This document shows positions 57,424 to 64,000 of a DNA stretch of 64,000 nt, piece after piece; positions within the stretch are counted from its first letter, which is position 1; every line of letters begins with the position of its first letter. The stretch is from positions 62,001 through 126,000 of IMG/VR virus record IMGVR_UViG_3300028840_008185. One strand, written 5' to 3'. The notes below the pieces were generated by a model that made no database searches, had not been told where the DNA came from, and was given only the letters and a program-made list of their open reading frames with translations. The translations under genes and the position numbers were made by a program.

Positions 57424-58540
57424 CACTGTCTCCATACAACCAAAAGACTCCGTGGTGTTCAATCTCAAAACTCTCTCTACAAACCCTACAAGAATCCCTG
57501 ACGGTTCCAGGCGGAGCCCATGCTACAAGAGGCAAATCCGTATTGGTTTCGTGAGCATGGACAATGGTCCTACATTTAGGATTCAGCTCGAATAGATAAT
57601 GGAGCAATGGCGCGTTGAGAGTTGCTTTTGGACCTTCGACTGTAACCACCTTTTCCCTATGATCAACAGAGCTTACATGCGTCCAGTCACTCATGTCCTC
57701 TTTTCCTCTGACCGTGGTGACAAAAGAAACATCTTCTCTGTTCTGCACCCTCGTTGCAATTGTACCGAACCTATAGCCTTGTTTGCCGTATGTCTTATGG
57801 AACTTGTCTGCAAACGCTACGGCATATCTTTTGCATAGCTTACGGGCAGCTACAATATCAAGCTCTTCAACTGTGGTTCTCTCCAACCATCCATCCCGCA
57901 ATCGAGTTGCGTAATATTTGTCCTCAAGCATTTCGCAGACGAACCTAGCAAGATCCTCATTGCCCACGATTTCCTGAACCGAATGTTCCTTGGTAATCAC
58001 CAGCTTCCGATCCAAGTTAGTAGCATCATTGGCAAACACGGCAGAGGCTCTTGACTCCAGCACAATATCATAAGCCGCTCCCAACAACTCTTCTTCCGGA
58101 ACAGCCTTGAGAAGCTTGAAGCCAAACAGGTGGGTATTAGGATTGGCTTTCTTGACTTCATCAATTACTCTGGGAGCAATGGTGAAGTCGATGGGGATTA
58201 TGTCTCCCGGCTCATAGTCGTGAGATGGAAATTTGCCCTCCCATGGATTAACTGGAATCAGGTTGGCGACCGCGCCTCCGAGAATCACGGCATCAAATTT
58301 AGGAGCAAGTTCAACAACTTGCTTCATATAATCATGGAAGCCATCGTGAGTTAGGAGAGTATGACCTGTGAAAGTTCTGGGCTTTGTTTGCTGTGAGGTT
58401 AGATATGTGACAGAGTATCCCAAATCATAGAGCTTGTTTGCAAGATCGACCATCCGGCCACCACGAAAGCGGTTCGTAATGATCTTCACCGCATCCAGCT
58501 TCGCATGAACTGGGCCTCCCGTAACCAAGATCTTTTTCAT
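57407..58540 (-). CDS. CoaB-like ligase domain fused to class II aldolase/adducin-like domain
   Basis: ILVTGGP..LDAVKIITN, GAVAN, FGFKL, FAND; C-terminal LHYLFE...IVHAH. Confidence 0.7.
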   Translation of the reverse strand: MKKILVTGGPVHAKLDAVKIITNRFRGGRMVDLANKLYDLGYSVTYLTSQQTKPRTFTGHTLLTHDGFHDYMKQVVELAPKFDAVILGGAVANLIPVNPWEGKFPSHDYEPGDIIPIDFTIAPRVIDEVKKANPNTHLFGFKLLKAVPEEELLGAAYDIVLESRASAVFANDATNLDRKLVITKEHSVQEIVGNEDLARFVCEMLEDKYYATRLRDGWLERTTVEELDIVAARKLCKRYAVAFADKFHKTYGKQGYRFGTIATRVQNREDVSFVTTVRGKEDMSDWTHVSSVDHREKVVTVEGPKATLNAPLLHYLFELNPKCRTIVHAHETNTDLPLVAWAPPGTVRDSCRVCRESFEIEHHGVFWLYGDSDELLR

Positions 58541-59860
58541 TGTGGCCCCTTGCTAGTGGTTCGAAATCTACCAAGCTTTAATGCTGAACACCTTTCAACA
58601 GCACAATCTATATCACAATTCATCCCATCCCTGAACGGACAAATACCTTCATCTGGGCAATCATACTTATATGGCCTATACCTCTTAATCAGCTTCCATC
58701 CAAGCTTGTGAAGCCAGCCATCCAGTCTGCTTGGGCCGGATGTTATGTGTGGAATAATAACAGCTTCACGATCCCTAATTCTTTCTTCGATCTCTTTCAA
58801 CTCATCAAGTAGCTGCCCGCGTTTCCCATATAGAGAAGCGATGCTGTCCCTGTATGGCCCGTCGGATCTGGGCACACGCCAAACCCTGGAGTCAGGCGCA
58901 TCGTCTAATGCTGTCTCCGCAGCTCTCGCCTTCTTAGTTGGCGACCAAGGTGGGGGCATATTGTTCTCCTTTTTCACCATGATGCCTGGCATGCCAGGCA
59001 TGTAGCTGGAAGTCTTAAAAGTTGGCACTCTCTTTTTCATCTCTTCGTCGTATTCCCCTAAATCATCCGGCATTTTCTATCTTTCTGGTCCGCCCGCAGG
59101 GCGAAAGCTCACTACGGACGGGTGGATCGCGTTCTTTTTTGATCTTTAGAAATCAAATCCCGAATCTGACGCGGCTTCAATCGTCTCGGTTTTCGGCTCG
59201 GTTGTTTCCGTCTCGGGCTCGGTTTCGCAAGCAGCCAGAAGCTCGGCAGCAAGCTCATCCCGCTGCTCCTTCTTAAGGCGACCCTGGCAATAAGATTTCA
59301 CGAGAGCATCCAGAACAACGTCGTTTTCCTTGATGATGTCATAATGCTGAACCACGAAAGCCTTGATGTGGTCACGCCGCTTGGGCTGACTGGCCACGGC
59401 TTCCTGCTTGGCTCTCATATCGTTTTTGATCTTATCTTTCAGGGCGACGGGATTGGAGAGATCCTCATCCTTGATAAGCTCCACAATATCCTTCACCTTG
59501 GCCTCAGTGCCATCAGTCTTCAACAGAACCCGAATACAACTAGCGATTTCCCTTACTTCCTTTTTGTCATTGGCCATTTCTTTCTCCTTTCAGTTAGTTA
59601 AGAACAGTGTCCTCGTTTTTGGACATCTCTTCAAGGCCGTCCCAAATCTCTTCAAACATCGCCAAAATCTTCTCTTTTGGCTCGCCAAGCTTTTGGGCAA
59701 GTTTAATGACTATATTCATCATCACATTTGCCGTCCAATTGGCGAAGCGACCATCCTTAAAAGTTTCAGGATGTGAATCGCGCATACTGCTCAAAGCTTC
59801 CGAAATTACTACTTGAATTTCATTAGCAGCTTTTAGTTCCTCTTCTCCTTTCATTATCAC
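58537..59860 (-). CDS. Hypothetical proteins (58537-59073, 59146-59577, 59594-59860)
   Basis: ORFs with RBS; 59146 has ETEP repeats. Confidence 0.55.
59090..59121 (-). other. Intergenic RNA hairpin
   Basis: CCGUCCGUAG/CUGCGGGCGG 10-bp stem with two G-U pairs only on the minus strand; no U-tail. Confidence 0.6.
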
Positions 59861-59902
59861 CTCGGTTTCATTATTTATCCGCCCGCTCGCCCTACCCCTA
59901 CT

Positions 59903-61036
59903 TTATTCGCAGATTTCTGCTTTACTATGAGTAGTTTGCACAACTGGAAACTCCTGCATAACAAAACGCATAGCCCGCATAAGAACCCTCAAATTCTTAT
60001 GGGTTTTTAGCTCAAGCAGATAATAATCCCTATCACCACGAACTCTATCTGCTGAGACTAAAATATCTTTGTTGAAGGCCACATACCTAATAAAATTGAG
60101 GGCATGTGTCTCTCCGCCATGAATGCCCTTCAAGAAATTATTTGCCCATACATCTGGCAAACTTCCAGCTTCTTCATCGCTCTCAGGAAAATACATCCAA
60201 TACAACTTCTCCTTGGCGATGGGGAAGAACCTGCACTGCTCAACCTTGCCAGAAGTAGCCTCCATAGCTCGTGTATAAACTATTTGCGCTGTATAATGAC
60301 TGCCAGCAGGCTTCCCTTCCATTTCACCCGGCGCATCAGGATTGGTTCGTCTCCTAAACCTTATCTTAGCTCCCCTACCAGAATAGTTGGGGAGCTTCGC
60401 ATCGAAGTATCTGTCGTAATACGTTAGAAGCTGCTGGGTTTCCAGCCCGAACTCCTCAGTCGCAATGCTCATAATCTCATCAGGATCAGCTTCAGCATTG
60501 ATGAAAAACCTTGCTTCGTAATATCTCTCTAACTTGAAACCCACCTTCTTGGCCCTGCGCTTAAAGAACCAGTATCGTAGCTCAGTAACACCAACCTCAA
60601 TCCCAGCAACCGCAACCACCGCGATAATAAAGCTCATCGCTGCTAAAACCCACGCTGGAGTCTCAGGGTATATAGCGAAGCCAGCCATCATTAAGATAAT
60701 ATACAGAGGGTCATGGATCAGAACATCTTCAGCGAGACTAACCGAACCTCCCTTGATTGCCTGCTTTGCGTAATGGCGCAGAGGCTTTCTCTTTTTAATA
60801 GGAGTCGTCCTATAGATTTTCCAGGCTTCCCAAATGTGAGCTGGAAAAAACCCAATCTTTTCAACAACCGGGCCAGCTATGGACAACACTAAAACGCTGG
60901 TGGAAAACAGAGAAACTATCGCCGTGCCCACCACATTGACGAGCATGGCGATTGCTTCATCTCGGCCAAACCTCTTGAAGACCTTCCAGAACGGACTGCC
61001 TGGAAGCTCAATTGGCTTCTCCGCAAATCTTTTCAT
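59903..61036 (-). CDS. Membrane domain fused to CYTH-like triphosphatase domain
   Basis: About 4 TM helices, then YEARFF, YYDRYFD, IRFRRR, LELK. Confidence 0.6.
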   Translation of the reverse strand: MKRFAEKPIELPGSPFWKVFKRFGRDEAIAMLVNVVGTAIVSLFSTSVLVLSIAGPVVEKIGFFPAHIWEAWKIYRTTPIKKRKPLRHYAKQAIKGGSVSLAEDVLIHDPLYIILMMAGFAIYPETPAWVLAAMSFIIAVVAVAGIEVGVTELRYWFFKRRAKKVGFKLERYYEARFFINAEADPDEIMSIATEEFGLETQQLLTYYDRYFDAKLPNYSGRGAKIRFRRRTNPDAPGEMEGKPAGSHYTAQIVYTRAMEATSGKVEQCRFFPIAKEKLYWMYFPESDEEAGSLPDVWANNFLKGIHGGETHALNFIRYVAFNKDILVSADRVRGDRDYYLLELKTHKNLRVLMRAMRFVMQEFPVVQTTHSKAEICE

Positions 61037-61074
61037 TTGTGGCCCCTGTTATAACTATAACAATTTTTCTTAGG

Positions 61075-61482
61075 TCACTTTGCTTTATTGACGTATTTGT
61101 TGGTTACAGGATCATACAGCCTGTTGCGAACCATAGTGCAAACGTCCCTCGTCATATTGATCTGGCTAAAAGCGGCATCCCAACTACCACCCTTAACCTG
61201 AACGTAGTCATAAGAACCAGAGACATGGATGAGGTTCCCACTTACCGTATCCTTCCAGTAGATCCCATCAGATCCTTCTTCACTGCTTAGGGCCACATTC
61301 CTCAGCTCCCAACAACGATAGGGCGTGCCGTCCATCTCCGTAAGCTCAACAACCACCCAATCAGCGCCCATGTTCTCCGCCCAGCAAGACGAGCAACCAC
61401 GATCAATGCTGGCACAACTCACCATAAAAACACAGAAAGCCACAAAGAGCCACAGGTGGCTATTACTAATCAGTTTCTTCAT
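61075..61482 (-). CDS. Predicted lipoprotein
   Basis: MVSC lipobox. Confidence 0.6.
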   Translation of the reverse strand: MKKLISNSHLWLFVAFCVFMVSCASIDRGCSSCWAENMGADWVVVELTEMDGTPYRCWELRNVALSSEEGSDGIYWKDTVSGNLIHVSGSYDYVQVKGGSWDAAFSQINMTRDVCTMVRNRLYDPVTNKYVNKAK

Positions 61483-61521
61483 CGATTTTTCTCCTTAAGC
61501 CGCAACAAAGGCTTTGTTAAT

Positions 61522-61566
61522 AAGAGCGAAAAAAGGTCGATCTCCCTCTCTACATGCGCGATTTTT
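61522..61566. promoter_or_regulatory. 45-bp dispersed intergenic motif, copy B
   Basis: 35/45 identical to 19037-19081. Confidence 0.6.
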
Positions 61567-62426
61567 TAATCTTGAAAGCTCATCCTTGATACGACAATAC
61601 CTCCTATCACTAAGATTGAAGCAACCCAGAGAAGCCGATTCCAAGCACCTCCGAACCAAACAGTTGAAATGATTAAAGCCAGAATTGGAATAGCATACAA
61701 GCTGCTTGATGACTTCTGGCCAATCCTCCTAACCACGCTAATCCAAAAAGAATAAGACAAAGCCATATGAACAATTGCGAAAACGAGGATAAGTGCTGTG
61801 GAGCACAGCGAAGAGACATTGTTCCAGTTAAATGTCCCAGTCAAGTGCCCAACAAAGAAAGCGGCAACACTACTGACGCCCTGAGCAACTCCCTGTAGAA
61901 AGAATCTTACTTTCTCGTGCTCCTCTTCAAGGGAAGCACTATATCCCGCCCATAGAAAAGCAGCCACAATTCCAAAGAGTATGCCAATAATATCATCAAC
62001 TACAATATCCCCAATCGCCGGGGCAAGTATGACGGCAACTCCGAGAAACCCCATCACGCAGCCGACAAAAGCATTCTTCGAAAGCTTCTCTCCCCTTCTC
62101 CTGGCTATGAAGACAACCAGAAGTAATGGCCAGAGATAGTTGGCAAGAATGGCGTATTGAATTGTGAGACAGAAATAGATGGCCAGGAGAACAAAGATGT
62201 CGTAAAAGCCGTTGAGAAGCGCCAGCTTAAAGAACTTGCCCCTATCTACTTGCACTTTTGATTCGCCCTTAGCGAAACCTATGAAGCACAATATAGAGGC
62301 TGCGATGCCGTTATACATAGTAGCCACAGCAGCCCAATCTCCGTTCGAACAGACAAGCATCTGTTTTACAAAGGGGCTCGCTGAAGCCCAGACGATAATT
62401 ATGAACCAAAAAAGGATGTGAAACAT
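61566..62426 (-). CDS. EamA/DMT family transporter
   Basis: About 10 TM helices, two internal repeats; ANYLWP, GEKLS. Confidence 0.85.
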   Translation of the reverse strand: MFHILFWFIIIVWASASPFVKQMLVCSNGDWAAVATMYNGIAASILCFIGFAKGESKVQVDRGKFFKLALLNGFYDIFVLLAIYFCLTIQYAILANYLWPLLLVVFIARRRGEKLSKNAFVGCVMGFLGVAVILAPAIGDIVVDDIIGILFGIVAAFLWAGYSASLEEEHEKVRFFLQGVAQGVSSVAAFFVGHLTGTFNWNNVSSLCSTALILVFAIVHMALSYSFWISVVRRIGQKSSSSLYAIPILALIISTVWFGGAWNRLLWVASILVIGGIVVSRMSFQD

Positions 62427-62742
62427 TTCAACTCAGATCCGCACCGATGGGTTAAAGGCCCCGTATGTAATGGCCCAAAAATAACATACCGGCTCTTCCT
62501 CCAGAGAGAATTCTCCACCAAGAGCAGGCCCATAAACGAAGTCCTAAACCCCGGCCAGGTCTTCACACGCCTGGATTTTATCTCCACAACAACACCAACT
62601 CTCTTTCAAGCTCGCTTCTCAGTGGAAAGGAAATAATCGCCCTGAAAGGAGCACGACATCTATACTTCATATCTGCCCTCTTAAATACCACCTCACTTAC
62701 AGACGCCTCAGCTGGATACATGAAAACTGGTTCAATAACCAT
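62399..62742 (-). CDS. Two microproteins (MEIKS 62399-62587; MVIEPV 62578-62742)
   Basis: 10-nt overlap GTGGAGATAA; second found by hand. Confidence 0.55.
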
Positions 62743-63511
62743 ATTTCATTTCATAAGCTCGCTCGCGAGCATCCTCCGCAAGAAACTGCAAATAATCGTT
62801 GTACCTTTCCAGCACTTTTTCGTCTGCAAGCTTCTCATCAATCTCGGGCACCACCCTCTTTCCATTACACTCATAACAAGGAACATCATAGAAACCGGAC
62901 ATATAGTTTTCTCGATCCTCGTAGCTCCAGTCTCGATCCCATTCATCGCCCGTGATTCCATGCGAGTCGATACTTGGATTCACATGCTTCCCTTTACCCT
63001 CGCAAGTCGGACAGACCTCAAACCTAATGGGAACTCTAACCTCCTCCTCACAATCGCCACCACCGCACTCACAATCCTCACCACAAGGCAGCGTAAGAGT
63101 GGCCATTAGTCTATTTTCATCAATACTATTCCACCATTTACCTTTGAGCGCTGCAAAATCTCTACAGTCCATTTTTCTTCTCCCTGATTTCCTCCCGTGC
63201 CAACTCTATTTCATTCTGAGCGTCTTGTAGGGCCCACATCACACAATCTTCGCGTCCCTCTTCAGCATACTCCTCAAGAGCACTGCCAAGTTCCTTGATG
63301 GCATTGCCTACACGCTTGATGAATTCCGTGTCCATGGCATCTCCTTTAGTTCTTTGCCTCTGAAGATATGAATGGGGCCAGTGCGCCGTGTGGCCAAATC
63401 TTTTGCAAGAGCTTCAGCCTCTATATAAGTATCCACAACTTTGTAGAACAGGCCATCACTATGAATTGGGTCGTCGGCGTAAGCAGCAATTACCAAATAC
63501 CTATCATCCAT
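62732..63511 (-). CDS. CxxCxGxG zinc-finger protein 62732-63172 and small hypotheticals
   Basis: CPTCEGKG, CYECNGKR. Confidence 0.55.
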
Positions 63512-63713
63512 TTTCCTACACCCCTATCCTACAACTCATCCAAAGAAAAGGTGCCAGTGTCATTAACGACTAAAACGCGCTTTCTACAGCCAGAGCAAGT
63601 GGCCCAAAAACAAGCCTCTCTAAACCTTTGCACATAGTCGGGCTCACCCTCGTAAGGCCCCTCAACTTCATCGTGCATACATTCTTCCAACTCTCTTTCT
63701 TCCATCATATCTC

Positions 63714-64000
63714 CTAAGCGAAAATAGCTATGATTTCTTTGACCTCTTTTCTACCACCCGCCTTGGCGGAGATAGACCTCCTAACACTTACCTCTACGAT
63801 ATTAGCGCCCTCGTAAAGCTGCCTGGTAAATTCAGTGTCGTGATTGCTGATTAAAACTGTCGCTCCTCTTTCACAAGCCTTTCTGGCCAGTTCAGCCAAT
63901 TCCTCTTGATCCTCTTTGGAGAACCCAACACCAGAATAGTTCGTAAAGCCGCTTTCATTGAGCGGCACGTAAGGCGGATCGCAATAGATTACATCCCTAT
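63714..64000 (-). CDS. dam: DNA adenine methyltransferase, C-terminal part
   Basis: Frame open to window edge; VIYCDPPY, LISNHDT, RRSISAK. Confidence 0.88.
   Translation of the reverse strand, partial: RDVIYCDPPYVPLNESGFTNYSGVGFSKEDQEELAELARKACERGATVLISNHDTEFTRQLYEGANIVEVSVRRSISAKAGGRKEVKEIIAIFA

Noticed and set aside
59880-59902. G-rich tract as a G-quadruplex
   Set aside because: Only three G3 runs plus GG; too weak to claim.
4513-62742. Diversity-generating retroelement behind microprotein variability
   Set aside because: No reverse transcriptase and no TR/VR pair with adenine-specific differences was seen.
1-64000. tRNA, rRNA, transposase, integrase, intron or virion genes
   Set aside because: None recognised by eye; tRNAscan/Infernal would be needed to exclude small RNAs formally.

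Overview
Gene-dense window of about 44% GC (visual estimate). Essentially every credible gene lies on the minus strand, with tight or overlapping junctions and AGGAG(G) ribosome-binding sites. There are many tiny ORFs and no housekeeping operons or rRNA; I saw no tRNA or CRISPR. This fits the accessory region of a very large (jumbo/huge) bacteriophage; a large extrachromosomal element cannot be excluded because no virion or terminase genes are in the window. Main content: (1) A eukaryote-like PARP (WGR plus regulatory domain) truncated at the left edge and missed by the ORF track. (2) All four enzymes of deamidating NAD+ salvage (PncA, PncB, NadD, NadE), interleaved with a TARG1/DarG-like macrodomain and a TerY-P-like vWA/kinase/PP2C triad. 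(3) A ParB-less PRTRC-type ubiquitin-like cassette (Ubl, E2, JAB, E1). (4) Proteostasis genes: Lon, Hsp20, GroES, a J-domain-kinase fusion, an N-terminal-Thr proteasome/HslV-like protease and a classic AAA ATPase. (5) Translation and RNA-repair genes: bS21, GGQ hydrolase, CCA enzyme, Tpt1/KptA and an RlaP-like NTase. (6) A WGR-fused DNA ligase, Dam, and several unusual fusions. (7) About 25 dispersed hypervariable 40-100 aa microproteins with M-E/I-I-K/R starts, chained by a recurrent start/stop overlap motif. All assignments come from motif recognition by eye; no database searches were run.
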